Shown one piece after another: positions 48,510-58,491 of a DNA stretch of 64,000 bases. Source of the stretch: Alphaproteobacteria bacterium (GTDB taxonomy: Bacteria; Pseudomonadota; Alphaproteobacteria; UBA2966); NCBI GenBank assembly GCA_964291395.2, contig OZ219856.1, forward strand, positions 384,001 to 448,000, written 5' to 3'. The notes under the pieces were generated by a model, which made no database searches, had not been told where the DNA came from, and saw only the letters and a program-made list of their open reading frames with translations. The position numbers and the translations under genes were made by a program. The number at the start of each line of letters is the position of its first letter. Position 1 is the stretch's first letter.

Positions 48510-49592
48510 CTAACCGCCAGTGACACTCATGTGCCGAGGGACGGCCGGGTCCCGATGACGCCGGTCGATGACGAAGTCATGGCCTTTGGGCTTGCGGCCG
48601 ATGGCTTCGTCGATGCTGGCGTGCAGCAGGGTATCGTCGTCGGGAGCAAGCCGAAGCGGCGCGCGCAAATCCGCCGCATCCTGCTGTCCAAGGCACATGT
48701 ACAACGTGCCCGTGCACGTGAGACGGACGCGGTTGCACAGTTCGCAGAAATTGTGGGATAGCGGGGTGATGAACCCAAGACGGCGGCCGGTCTCGCGGAT
48801 GCGCACGTAGCGGGACGGGCCGCCGGTCCGGTAATCCGTCTCCTCGAGCGTCCAGCGATTCCTGAGGCCGGCGCGAACCATCGACAGCGGCAGATACCGG
48901 TCGGTGCGATCCTCGTCGATCTCGCCCATCGGCATCGTTTCGATCAGTGTAAGGTCGAGTCCCTCGTCGCCGCACCATCGGATGATGGTATCGAATTCGT
49001 CGTCGTTCACGCCCCGCAAGGCGACGGTGTTGATCTTGATCTCGTGCCCCGCCGCCTGAGCGGCACGGACACCCTTCAGCACCCGCGCGAGATCGCCCCG
49101 CCGCGTGATCGTGCGAAACTTTCCGGGGTCCAACGTGTCGAGCGATACGTTGATCCGGCGGACACCCGCCGCGAACAGATCGGCGGCATGCTTCTCGAGC
49201 TGGCTGCCGTTGGTCGTCAAAGTGAGCTCGTCCAAGAGACCCGAGTCCAGATGCCGGCCAAGTCGCCGGAACAACTGCATGACGTCTCGGCGGACCAGGG
49301 GTTCCCCGCCCGTGATTCGGAGTTTGCGAACACCGCGTTCCGCGAACGCGGTGCAGATCCGGTCCAGTTCCTCGAGCGTGAGAACTTCGGCTTTGGGCAG
49401 GAAGCTCATGTCTTCCGCCATGCAGTAGACGCAGCGGAAATCGCAGCGGTCCGTGACGGAGACCCGCAGATACGTGACGCGGCGTCCGAACGGATCAATG
49501 AGGCCGCCGTCCGCCGACCGGCCTTGCTCCGCCAGCCAGAGACGATCGCTCTCGATCGTTTTCGCCTCGCTTGGAATGGTACCGTTCCCCAT
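48510..49592 (-). CDS. moaA: GTP 3',8-cyclase MoaA
   Basis: [18 protein letters not shown] radical SAM motif, [16 protein letters not shown]-terminal MSVTGG; start uncertain. Confidence 0.95.
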   Translation of the reverse strand: MGNGTIPSEAKTIESDRLWLAEQGRSADGGLIDPFGRRVTYLRVSVTDRCDFRCVYCMAEDMSFLPKAEVLTLEELDRICTAFAERGVRKLRITGGEPLVRRDVMQLFRRLGRHLDSGLLDELTLTTNGSQLEKHAADLFAAGVRRINVSLDTLDPGKFRTITRRGDLARVLKGVRAAQAAGHEIKINTVALRGVNDDEFDTIIRWCGDEGLDLTLIETMPMGEIDEDRTDRYLPLSMVRAGLRNRWTLEETDYRTGGPSRYVRIRETGRRLGFITPLSHNFCELCNRVRLTCTGTLYMCLGQQDAADLRAPLRLAPDDDTLLHASIDEAIGRKPKGHDFVIDRRHRDPAVPRHMSVTGG

Positions 49593-49593
49593 G

Positions 49594-49621
49594 GTCGTTA
49601 TATTCCCTAAAACATAACACT
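49594..49621. promoter_or_regulatory. Putative ModE/MopA molybdate-responsive operator
   Basis: GTCGTTATATT-N6-AACATAACACT resembles ATCGNTATATA-N6-TATATANCGAT; lies between divergent moaA and fdhD, with modE nearby. Confidence 0.65.
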
Positions 49622-49715
49622 TTTCAAGTGTTTCAAGAAGTCCTGCGCCCGCCGGATCCCTCCGGCAAGACGCGTTTCCCTTGGCGGATGCGTTCCGGCG
49701 GCGCATAGTGATGTC

Positions 49716-50597
49716 ATGTCCAGGTTCATCGTGACGCCTGATCCGCAGAATCCGCGCCTCGTCGAAACCGTCCGCGCCACCGATCACACGGGCATGGACA
49801 CGGAGGCGTCCGTGCCGGTGGAGAGACCGCTTACGCTTTTTCTCAATTCCCGGGAAGTGGTCACCATGATGACCATCGGGGACTATCCCGAGTGTCTGGC
49901 GATCGGTTACCTGTTGAATCAGAACATGCTTCAGCCGACGGAAGAGATCGTCGGGATCGACGTCGACGACGAAATCGACGTCGTCGTGGTTCGAACGGAG
50001 GAGGAAACCGATTTCGAGGAGAAGCTGAAGCGGAAGACGCTGACTTCCGGGTGCGCCCAGGGCACGGTGTTCGGCGACGTAATGGAGAAGTTCGACGAGG
50101 TCATTCTACCGCCCGACGCCGTCGTGCGGACCTCGTGGATCTACAGGTTGTCCCGCGCGATCAATACGCAGCCGAGCATTTATCTTCGCGCAGGAGCCAT
50201 CCACGGATGTGTGCTGTGCGAGGCGGACCAGCCGCTGATCTATATGGAGGACGTGGGGCGGCACAACGCGATCGACAAGATCGCCGGCTACATGCTCCTC
50301 AACGGCATGGGACCGAAGAACAAGATTTTCTACACGACGGGCCGCCTGACCAGTGAGATGGTCATAAAGTGCGTGCAGATGCGGATCCCAATCCTCATTT
50401 CCCGGTCCGGGTTCACGGCCTGGGGGGTCGAGCTCGCGCGCCGGGCGAACCTGACGTTGATCGGGCGGGCCAAGGGCAAGCGGTTTCTCTGTGTTTCGGG
50501 GGAGGAGCGCATCGTCTTCGATGCCGATCCCGACCAAGTGCCGGAGGAGAGCGCCCGGGTCCAGCGCAAGGCGAGCCTGCGGGAAGATGTCGTCTGA
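49716..50597 (+). CDS. fdhD: Formate dehydrogenase accessory sulfurtransferase FdhD
   Basis: [40 protein letters not shown]. Confidence 0.93.
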   Translation: MSRFIVTPDPQNPRLVETVRATDHTGMDTEASVPVERPLTLFLNSREVVTMMTIGDYPECLAIGYLLNQNMLQPTEEIVGIDVDDEIDVVVVRTEEETDFEEKLKRKTLTSGCAQGTVFGDVMEKFDEVILPPDAVVRTSWIYRLSRAINTQPSIYLRAGAIHGCVLCEADQPLIYMEDVGRHNAIDKIAGYMLLNGMGPKNKIFYTTGRLTSEMVIKCVQMRIPILISRSGFTAWGVELARRANLTLIGRAKGKRFLCVSGEERIVFDADPDQVPEESARVQRKASLREDVV

Positions 50598-51215
50598 CGT
50601 CGTCGGCGTCCTCCTCGCCGGCGGGCAGTCGCGGCGCATGGGCGGCGGCGACAAGTGTCTTAAGACCGTCGGCGGGGAAACGCTTCTCTCCCGCGTGATC
50701 GCGCGGGCACGACCGCAGGTCGGACCGCTCCTTCTCAACGCCAACGGCGACCCCACCCGATTCTCGGGCTTCGGCTTGCCTGTGGTGGCCGACGTGGTGG
50801 AGGGTTTTCACGGCCCGCTCGCCGGCGTTCTCACCGGTATGGACTGGGCGGCCGACCAGGTGCCCGCTACCCGTTGGATCGCGACCTTCGCCACAGACGC
50901 CCCCTTCTTTCCGCTCGACCTCGTCGATCGGTTGCTGGCGGCCGTGGAAGGGGCGGCGGCGGAGCTTGCGTGCGCCAAGTCGGCGGGGCGGACCCATCCG
51001 GTCTTCGGCCTCTGGCCCGTGGCTCTCGCTGGCGATCTGCGTTCGACTTTGGTCGACGAGCAGCTACGCAGGATCGATGCGTGGACGGCGCGCCACCGCC
51101 TCGTGGAGGTATCGTTCCCGACCGATTCGATCCGTTCTTCAACCTCAACAGTCCCGAAGACCTGGCGGCGGCGGCGTGCCTGGCCCGCGGTAATTCGGAA
51201 ACGAAGAAACAGTGA
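50587..51215 (+). CDS. mobA: Molybdenum cofactor guanylyltransferase MobA, frameshifted near 3' end as sequenced
   Basis: LAGGQSRRMGGGDK, GPLAG, D.PF.P.DL, HPVFGLW; the conserved DPFFNLN.PEDL tail is in another frame after about 51127. Confidence 0.85.
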
Positions 51216-51367
51216 AGCGCTCGCCGGGGCGGATGGGGATGCGAGCTATGGCATGCCTCCTCAACGATAACCGACGATTTCGACCTCGGACGGACCTGGC
51301 CTGCCGCCGGCCATTCGAAGCAGATTCGCCGCCAGTCATTGATGCGGGGACTCTATTGAACGTGGCC

Positions 51368-51396
51368 TTGACACGACTCACAATCCTTTCTCTCAT
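51368..51396 (+). promoter_or_regulatory. Putative sigma70 promoter of modE
   Basis: TTGACA, 17 bp spacer, TCTCAT; GAGGAG ribosome-binding site downstream. Confidence 0.4.
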
Positions 51397-51417
51397 CGGC
51401 GCCGTGAGGAGGGCGCC

Positions 51418-51792
51418 ATGGCGCGGCCCGGAAAGTCCAAAAAGCAGCGGCCCCAGGTACGCATCTTGTTCGGTTCCGTCTATCCGCTGGGACCGGGCAA
51501 GGCCTCGCTGATCGAGGCGGTGGGGCGGACCGGATCGATCTCCGCGGCGGCGCGCGAGCTGGGCATGTCCTATCGGCGTGCCTGGCAGCTGATCGACGCC
51601 ACGAACAAATGCTTCCGGCAGCCGCTCGTGGAAACCGCCACGGGGGGGCGCGGCGGCGGAGGTGCCACGGTGACCCCGTTCGGCGAAGAGGTGCTGGACC
51701 GCTTCCGGACGATCGAGGCGAAAGCGGTCGCCAGCGTCGACCGCGATATCACGGAATTCGAGCGTTACCTGGCCGACGAGCCTTCCGGTTGA
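51418..51792 (+). CDS. modE: ModE-type winged-helix regulator (DNA-binding domain only)
   Basis: LGPGK..L.EA....GSISAAAR.LGMSYRRAW...V....GG.GGGGA..T; no TOBE domains. Confidence 0.85.
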   Translation: MARPGKSKKQRPQVRILFGSVYPLGPGKASLIEAVGRTGSISAAARELGMSYRRAWQLIDATNKCFRQPLVETATGGRGGGGATVTPFGEEVLDRFRTIEAKAVASVDRDITEFERYLADEPSG

Positions 51793-51810
51793 GCAGGACG
51801 AGCGCGGGCG

Positions 51811-54564
51811 TTACTCGGCCGCGACGTTCGCCTCGAGCTTCTCCACTTTTGCCGCGCAGTACTTGAATTCGGGGATCTTGCCGAACGGGTCGAGCGCCGC
51901 GTTGGTCAGCAGGTTTGCCGCGGCTTCCACGAAGGCGAAGGGGACGAAAACGGTCCCGGGCGGCACGCCTGAGTCGATGCGGGCCGCGAGCTCGATCGTC
52001 CCGCGGCGGGTCGAGACCCGCACGTGATCGCCCCCCTTGGCGCCCACGCCCCGCAGATCCTGCGGAGCCATGTGGCAGACGGCCTCGGGTTCGATCGTGT
52101 CGAGAACGCTGGCTCGCCTGGTTATGGCGCCGGTATGCCAGTGTTCGAGGACGCGCCCCGTGGTCAGGATCATCGGATAGTCCTCGTCGGGCTGCTCGTC
52201 CGGCGGAATGATCCCGGCAGGCACGAACCTGCCGCGGCCGGACGGCGTCGGATAGCCGTCACCGAAGATGATCGGCTTCCCCGGATCGTCCTCCGAAGCG
52301 CACGGATAGGTGACGGCACTATCCCGCCACAGTCGCTCCCACGAAATTCCCTTGATGCTGTTCATGCATTCCCGCATTTCCTCGTAGACATCCGCGGGGC
52401 CGGTGTAGTTCCAGTCGAGTCCGATGCGACGGGCGATCTCCTGGATGATCCACCAGTCCTGGCGCGCGTCGCCGGGCATGGGCAGCGCCGAGCGCCCCAT
52501 CTGGACCTGTCGGTTCGTGTTCGTGACCGTTCCATCCTTCTCCGGCCACGCCGAGGCCGGCAGGACGACGTCGGCGAACATCGCCGTTTCGGTCATGAAG
52601 ATGTCCTGAACGACGAGATGTTCAAGCCGGGCCAGCGCTTCGCGTGCGTGACTCACGTCGGGATCCGACATGGCCGGGTTTTCGCCCATGATGTAAAGGG
52701 CCCTGATGTCGCCGTCGTAGGCGGCGTTGGCGATCTCGACCACCGTGAGACCCCGATTCGGATCGAGTTCCGCATCCCAGTACTTCTCGAACCTTTCCTT
52801 GGCTTCCGGGCTGTCGACGGCTTGATAGTCGGGGTAGACGATTGGGATGAGACCCGCGTCCGAGGCGCCCTGAACGTTGTTCTGGCCGCGCAGTGGATGA
52901 AGGCCGGTGCCTGGTCTCCCGACCTGACCCGTCATCAGGGCGAGCGATATCAGGCACCGCGCGTTGTCCGTCCCGTGGACATGCTGCGAGATCCCCATGC
53001 CCCAGAAGATCATCGCCGAGCGGGCGTTGCCGATGATCTCCGCGACCGTCCGAATCGTGTCGGGGTCGATGCCGCAGATCGGTGCCATCGCCTCGGGCGA
53101 GAACGCCTTCAGATGCTCCTTGAGTTCGTCGAACCCGTCGGTGAAGCCTGCGATGTAGTTCTCGTCATAAAGCCCCCGTTCCGTGATCACGTGCATGATG
53201 GCGTTGAGCAGCGCCACGTCCGAACCGCTCTTGAATTGCAGCATGTGGGTCGCGTGCCGCGACAAGGCCTGGCCGCGCGGGTCCATGACGATCAGTTTCA
53301 CGCCGTTCTTGGTCGCGTTCTTGAAGAACGTGGCCGCGACGGGATGGTTGACGGTGGGATTGGCGCCCGTGACGACGATCACGTCCGCATTGGTCGCTTC
53401 GGTAAAGGGCGCGGTGACCGCACCGGATCCGACGCACTCCAGCAGCGCCGCCACCGAGGAGGCGTGACAGAGGCGTGTACAGTGGTCGACGTTGTTGGTG
53501 CCGAACCCCACGCGTACCAGCTTCTGAACGAGGTAGGCTTCTTCGTTCGATCCCTTGGCCGAGCCGAAGCCTGCCATGGCCTGGCCACCGTGCTCGTCGC
53601 GAATGCGTTTCAAGCCCGAGGCGGCGAGATCGAGCGCCTCCTCCCAGGTCGCTTCGCGGAAATGAGTCAACGGATTCATCGGGTCGATTTCCAGGGACGT
53701 GTCCTTGCCGACACCTTCCTTGCGGATGAGCGGCTTGGTCAGGCGGCCGGGGTGGGCGACGTAGTCGAATCCATAGCGGCCCTTGACGCACAGCCGCCCA
53801 TGATTGGCGGGCCCGTCGCGGCCGTCCACGGATAGGATCTTGTCATCCTTGATGTTGTAGGTGATCTGGCAGCCGACACCGCAGTAAGGGCAGACACTGT
53901 CCACCCGGCGGTCGATTTCCTCCTTGCCGACCTCCGCGGCGGGCATCAGCGCGCCGGTGGGACAGGCTTGTACGCATTCGCCGCAGCCCACGCAGGTACT
54001 CTCCCCCATGGGGTCGTCGAAGTCGAAGACGATCTTGGCGTGGTGTCCCCGGTAGGCCATGCCGATCACGTCGTTGACCTGCATCTCGCGGCAGGCTCGG
54101 ACGCACAGATTGCAGTGGATGCAGGCGTCAAGATTGACGGCCATTGCGGGGTGGCTCACGTCGGCCGTCGGGCCCGTTCGGACCGGGAAGCGGCTTTCCC
54201 GCGTGCCCATTTCGTCGGCCCACTGCCACAGCCGCGACTTCGGATCGTGGGCCGACTCCCGTGGTGGCTGGTCCGCCAGCAGCAGTTCCATGACCATGGC
54301 GCGGGCCGTCGTCGCCCGCTCGCTCGCGGTGTTCACGATCATGCCTTCGGCGGGTTTGCGGATGCACGACGCGGCCAGTACGCGCTCACCCTCGATCTCG
54401 ATCATGCAGGCGCGGCAGTTGCCGTCCGCCCGATAAAGGGGCGCCGTCGACCAGCAGAGGTGGGGAATGTCCGTGTCGTACCGTGCCGCAACCTGCCAGA
54501 TGCTCTCTCCGGGCCGGGCCGTGACTTCCTGGCCGTCGAGGGTAAAGGTGACCGTATCGGTCAT
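51811..54564 (-). CDS. fdhF: NAD-linked formate dehydrogenase alpha subunit (Cys ligand)
   Basis: N-terminal 2Fe-2S and 4Fe-4S clusters, CPYCGVGC, LCVKGR, NNVDHCTRLCHASS, LRGQNNVQG, KIPEFK. Confidence 0.95.
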   Translation of the reverse strand: MTDTVTFTLDGQEVTARPGESIWQVAARYDTDIPHLCWSTAPLYRADGNCRACMIEIEGERVLAASCIRKPAEGMIVNTASERATTARAMVMELLLADQPPRESAHDPKSRLWQWADEMGTRESRFPVRTGPTADVSHPAMAVNLDACIHCNLCVRACREMQVNDVIGMAYRGHHAKIVFDFDDPMGESTCVGCGECVQACPTGALMPAAEVGKEEIDRRVDSVCPYCGVGCQITYNIKDDKILSVDGRDGPANHGRLCVKGRYGFDYVAHPGRLTKPLIRKEGVGKDTSLEIDPMNPLTHFREATWEEALDLAASGLKRIRDEHGGQAMAGFGSAKGSNEEAYLVQKLVRVGFGTNNVDHCTRLCHASSVAALLECVGSGAVTAPFTEATNADVIVVTGANPTVNHPVAATFFKNATKNGVKLIVMDPRGQALSRHATHMLQFKSGSDVALLNAIMHVITERGLYDENYIAGFTDGFDELKEHLKAFSPEAMAPICGIDPDTIRTVAEIIGNARSAMIFWGMGISQHVHGTDNARCLISLALMTGQVGRPGTGLHPLRGQNNVQGASDAGLIPIVYPDYQAVDSPEAKERFEKYWDAELDPNRGLTVVEIANAAYDGDIRALYIMGENPAMSDPDVSHAREALARLEHLVVQDIFMTETAMFADVVLPASAWPEKDGTVTNTNRQVQMGRSALPMPGDARQDWWIIQEIARRIGLDWNYTGPADVYEEMRECMNSIKGISWERLWRDSAVTYPCASEDDPGKPIIFGDGYPTPSGRGRFVPAGIIPPDEQPDEDYPMILTTGRVLEHWHTGAITRRASVLDTIEPEAVCHMAPQDLRGVGAKGGDHVRVSTRRGTIELAARIDSGVPPGTVFVPFAFVEAAANLLTNAALDPFGKIPEFKYCAAKVEKLEANVAAE

Positions 54565-56261
54565 GTGACTTCCTCCGGAAAAAACTCGAGGACGTGCTTG
54601 AGCGGGTTGGGGGCCGCCTGACCCAGCCCGCAAATCGAGGCGTCCACCATGCATTGCCCGAGTTCTTCGAGCAACGGGGTGTCCCACGCGGGTTGCTGCA
54701 TCAGCTTGACGGCCTTTTCCGTGCCGACCCGGCAAGGCGTGCATTGACCGCAGCTCTCGTCCTCGAAGAACCGCATGAGATTGAGGGCGCTGGCCCTCAC
54801 GCTGTCCGCCTGGGACAAGACGACGACGGCCGCGGACCCGATCAAGCCTCCGTGTTCCTCGAGGGTGCCGAAATCGAGCGGCACGTCGGCGAGTGACGCG
54901 GGCAGGATCCCGCCGGATGCTCCGCCCGGCAGGTAAGCTTTGAACAGATGGCCGTCCGCCATCCCGCCGCAGTACTCGTCGATCAATTCGCGCGCGGTGA
55001 TGCCTGCCGGCGCGAACTTGACACCGGGGTCTTTGACCCGGCCCGAAACGGAGAACGACCTCGGTCCCTTGCAGCCGTTTCGTCCCTGGTCCGCGTACCA
55101 ATGCGCCCCGCGCTCGAGAATGTCGCGCACCCAGTAAAGCGTCTCGGCGTTGTTGATCAGCGTGGGGCGGCCGAACAGTCCGACCTGAGAAGGAAACGGC
55201 GGTTTGTGACGGGGCAATCCGCGCTTGCCTTCGATACTCTCCAGCATCGCCGATTCCTCGCCGCAGATATAGGCGCCCGCGCCCCGGCGAACGTGGATCG
55301 TCACGCCATCCGCCAGCCCTTCCGCGCCAATGCGGCCGAGTTCGGCCATCAACAGCTTGCGGACGGCAGGGTACTCGTCACGCAAGTAGATGTAGACGTC
55401 TTCCGCTTCGACGACCCAGGCGGCGATCAGCATGCCTTCGAGGAATCGATGGGGATCCGTCTCGAGATAGTGTCGGTCCTTGAAAGTTCCGGGCTCCCCT
55501 TCATCGGCATTGATGGCCATGAGCCGCGGCCGGGGTTCCTGCCGGACGAACTGCCATTTGCGGGCCGTGGGAAATCCGGCGCCGCCTAGACCCCGAAGAC
55601 CGCTTTGTTCGATGCATTCGAGGACGTCTTCGACGGATTTGTCGCCGCCGATGCATGCCTTAAGGGCCGAATAGCCGCCGTGTGCCACGTAGTCGTCGAA
55701 TCCGATGTACGCGGCCATCGCTTCGTCGGTCTCGCCGTTGTTGACCGCGCGGCTGACCGTTTCGACGTTTGCCTGCTTCATGTAGTTGTGTCCCACGCAG
55801 GCGACGGGAGCGCCCTCGCACCGTCCCATACACGGGCCGGGCACGACCCGCACGTCCTCACCCAATCCCTGTCTGAGTTCCTCGATGAGGCGCGGCGCTC
55901 CAAACAGTTCGCAGGTTAGGCTGTCGCAAACCCGGACCGTGATCTCGGGCAGGGTGGCGTCGTCGTCGATCACGTCCCAATGCGCATAGAAGGTGGCCGT
56001 CTCGAATACCTCCGCCATCGGCAGCCGCAGGTCGTGGGCGAGCGCCGCCAAGTGGCGGTGGGAGAGGCGGTTGTAGCGATCCTGGATGAGATGCAAGTAC
56101 TCGATCAGGAGGTCGCGCCGCCGAGGCGTGCCGCCAAGCAGCGCCTGGATTTCCTGCACAGCTTCGGGATCGACCTGCCGGCCCTTCAGGAAGGGGCGGG
56201 CCTTGCCGCGCCGGGCACCCGGGCTCTGCATTTTGCCACTGAACTTCTCCGATCCCGGCAT
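54561..56261 (-). CDS. Formate dehydrogenase beta subunit (NuoE-like plus NuoF-like fusion)
   Basis: RRDLLIEYLHLIQD, VCDSLTC..CMGRC, GLRGLGGAGFP, NADEGEPGTFKD, GAGAYICGEE, ESCGQCTPCR..SICGLG. Confidence 0.92.
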   Translation of the reverse strand: MPGSEKFSGKMQSPGARRGKARPFLKGRQVDPEAVQEIQALLGGTPRRRDLLIEYLHLIQDRYNRLSHRHLAALAHDLRLPMAEVFETATFYAHWDVIDDDATLPEITVRVCDSLTCELFGAPRLIEELRQGLGEDVRVVPGPCMGRCEGAPVACVGHNYMKQANVETVSRAVNNGETDEAMAAYIGFDDYVAHGGYSALKACIGGDKSVEDVLECIEQSGLRGLGGAGFPTARKWQFVRQEPRPRLMAINADEGEPGTFKDRHYLETDPHRFLEGMLIAAWVVEAEDVYIYLRDEYPAVRKLLMAELGRIGAEGLADGVTIHVRRGAGAYICGEESAMLESIEGKRGLPRHKPPFPSQVGLFGRPTLINNAETLYWVRDILERGAHWYADQGRNGCKGPRSFSVSGRVKDPGVKFAPAGITARELIDEYCGGMADGHLFKAYLPGGASGGILPASLADVPLDFGTLEEHGGLIGSAAVVVLSQADSVRASALNLMRFFEDESCGQCTPCRVGTEKAVKLMQQPAWDTPLLEELGQCMVDASICGLGQAAPNPLKHVLEFFPEEVT

Positions 56262-56536
56262 ATTTCCTCACAGGGCCCTGGTGCAAATCGAGACGACCGG
56301 CTCCAGGCGATGGGCCGGACGATCACGCATGCTAGTTTCGTTCTTGTCCATTCTCAAACCACGAGGCTTTGCATCGGCGTCACGGGAACCCATACCGGCT
56401 CCCTTGTATTTCGCCAAATCGGCCATACGCTCTCGTTTCCATGCCATTATTCTACATGGACCTTGCGGTACGCATAAGCGAAATCACCAATTAAGAAAAT
56501 TTTTCGGTGATTCGGACGCTCGGCAGGCACGGAACG

Positions 56537-56740
56537 TCATGAAGGCGGAGAACTGCCCGCGGCGGGAGAGGCGGCCCGGACGACCGTCAGCGAAACCACG
56601 TCCGTGTTGATCAGCTTCTTGCCCGCGTGCTCAAAGTTCGTCGTCACGCGGTTGCCGACGGCGGACTGTACCTGCCCGAGGCCCCATTCCGGATGCTCGG
56701 GGTGGCGCACGAAGGTCCCGGGTGTGAGATCCGTGAACAT
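56537..56740 (-). CDS. DUF3553 family small protein
   Basis: PG..VRHP..PEWGLGQVQS..GNRVT.NFEHAGK..IN. Confidence 0.85.
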   Translation of the reverse strand: MFTDLTPGTFVRHPEHPEWGLGQVQSAVGNRVTTNFEHAGKKLINTDVVSLTVVRAASPAAGSSPPS

Positions 56741-56916
56741 GGAGGTCACTCGATCGGCGGCGTCATGGCCGTAGATGTCGATGGCGAGTAGAATTACCTG
56801 GTTTTCATAGCACATATTCGCTCCGTATGCCGGCGCCCTCGTGGCCGGCACGACGGGAGCGGTCGCGGAGCTTCCGCAGGCACCGATCACGGCTTGGGCA
56901 TCTCGGGGAGGAGCGG

Positions 56917-57444
56917 ATGAGTCGGTTTTTTGGAGAGATCCGTCAAAACGGCTATGTCGTTCGTGACATCCAGGCGGCGATGACGCACTGGATTGACGTC
57001 ATCGGCGTAGGGCCATGGTTCTACACCGAGCGGTTCCCGTTTCACGGCTTTCGGTACAAGGGGCAGGCTTCCGACCCGCACGTCTCCATTGCGCTCGCGA
57101 ACTCCGGCCCTCTGCAGATCGAGCTGATCCAGCAGCGCAACGATGCGCCCTCCATGTTCAAGGACTTCATCGATGCGGGACGTGAAGGGCTGCAGCATGT
57201 GGCGTACTGGCCGGAGGATATCGACGGGCTCCTCGATCCCCTGTTGAAGCGGGGATACACCATTGGACAGACCGCGCAGGTCGGCCGGCTGGGACGGTTC
57301 GTCTACCTGGAGACGGAGACGCACCCCGGCACCGTCGTCGAGGTCTCCCATCTGACTCCGACGCGCAGGGCGGCGTTCGACCGGGTGCGAGAGGCGTCCA
57401 GGAACTGGGACGGCAGCGACCCGATCCGCGAGATCTCGCTTTGA
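56917..57444 (+). CDS. VOC family protein (methylmalonyl-CoA epimerase-like)
   Basis: QNGYVVRDI..A..HW...GVGPW, QIELIQ, GLQHVAY, YLET; GGAGGAG ribosome-binding site. Confidence 0.87.
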   Translation: MSRFFGEIRQNGYVVRDIQAAMTHWIDVIGVGPWFYTERFPFHGFRYKGQASDPHVSIALANSGPLQIELIQQRNDAPSMFKDFIDAGREGLQHVAYWPEDIDGLLDPLLKRGYTIGQTAQVGRLGRFVYLETETHPGTVVEVSHLTPTRRAAFDRVREASRNWDGSDPIREISL

Positions 57445-58329
57445 TCAGCCGGCGAAGAACGCCTCGCGAATGCCGGTGGCGCCCGTCCCCTGGATGGCGA
57501 ACAGGGCGCCGGCCAGCGGGGAGGCCTCGTTGTCGCCCGGCTCGATCTCCCAGGACAGAGACGTGACGTAGATGACGTCGAGGTCGGTCCCGCCGAACGT
57601 GCACATGGTCGGGTAGCGGATCGGCATTTGTATCGTCCGCATCAGCTTTCCGCTCGGGTCGTATTGGGCGACCTCCCAGCCGTCGATGTGTGCGGCCCAG
57701 TAACAGCCGTCGGTGTCGACGGTGGCGCCGTCGATGCGTCCTTGCTTGCCCTCTCGTGAGATGAACTCCCGCCGGTTGGCGATGTCGCCCGTCGCGATGT
57801 CGAAATCGTAGGCGTACACCACGCGTCCTCGGGAGTCGGAGTAGTACATGGTCTCGTTGTCGGGACTCCAGGCGATTCCGTTGGTGACGAAAAAGCCTTC
57901 GTCCATCACCGTGCAGGTGAGATCGGTGTCGAGCCGCACCAGCTTTCCCAGCCTGTCGTTGAAGGTCGTGTCCATGGTCCCGCTCCAGTAACGCCCGGCC
58001 CGGTCGCACTTGCCGTCGTTGAGGCGGGTGATCGGATTGTCGGGGTCGGGATTGGCGATCGGCGTAACATCGCCGGTATCCAAGTCGATGAAGCTGAAAC
58101 CCCTCTCCCACAATCCCGCGACGATCCCGCCTTTCTCGCGGAACACCATGGAGCCGATCGTCTCCGGCACGTCCCAGGTCGTCACGTCGCCGGTCGCCGG
58201 ATCGACACGGTGCACCGCCGGTCTGTCGGCGTCGACCCAGTAGAGCGTGTTCTCCTTCCAGTTCCAGATTGGCCCTTCGCCAAGGATGTCGGGTCCCTCC
58301 CAGACGCATTCGACTTCGGCTTCGGCCAC
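57445..58329 (-). CDS. SMP-30/gluconolactonase/LRE family protein
   Basis: LGEGPIW, RLNDGKCD..GR.W.GTM, NGIAWSPD, DG..VD.DG.YW, PT..TFGG. Confidence 0.92.
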   Translation of the reverse strand: MAEAEVECVWEGPDILGEGPIWNWKENTLYWVDADRPAVHRVDPATGDVTTWDVPETIGSMVFREKGGIVAGLWERGFSFIDLDTGDVTPIANPDPDNPITRLNDGKCDRAGRYWSGTMDTTFNDRLGKLVRLDTDLTCTVMDEGFFVTNGIAWSPDNETMYYSDSRGRVVYAYDFDIATGDIANRREFISREGKQGRIDGATVDTDGCYWAAHIDGWEVAQYDPSGKLMRTIQMPIRYPTMCTFGGTDLDVIYVTSLSWEIEPGDNEASPLAGALFAIQGTGATGIREAFFAG

Positions 58330-58365
58330 GGTATCCTCCTCTTACGGCGGTCATCTGTCGGTATG

Positions 58366-58397
58366 CTAGAGCGGTTCCCGTTCGACTGGAAGCGCTC
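58366..58397. repeat. Intergenic palindromic element, copy 2
   Basis: CTAGAGCGGTTCC-N9-GGAAGCGCTC; similar to the reverse complement of 1356-1386. Confidence 0.6.
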
Positions 58398-58491
58398 CGG
58401 CGTTGTCTGTTGTCCGCCACGTGGGAGCGGGTTGCGCTTCCGCCAAAGGAGGATCGCCCGGGCGTTCGGCGGGCGCGGCCGGTGGCGAGCG

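Noticed and set aside
49622-49715. Moco/Wco riboswitch at moaA or fdhD
   Set aside because: No recognisable riboswitch consensus; a protein-binding ModE-like box explains the region better.
51811-54564. Selenocysteine formate dehydrogenase
   Set aside because: The active-site motif reads RLCHAS with Cys and the ORF is uninterrupted.
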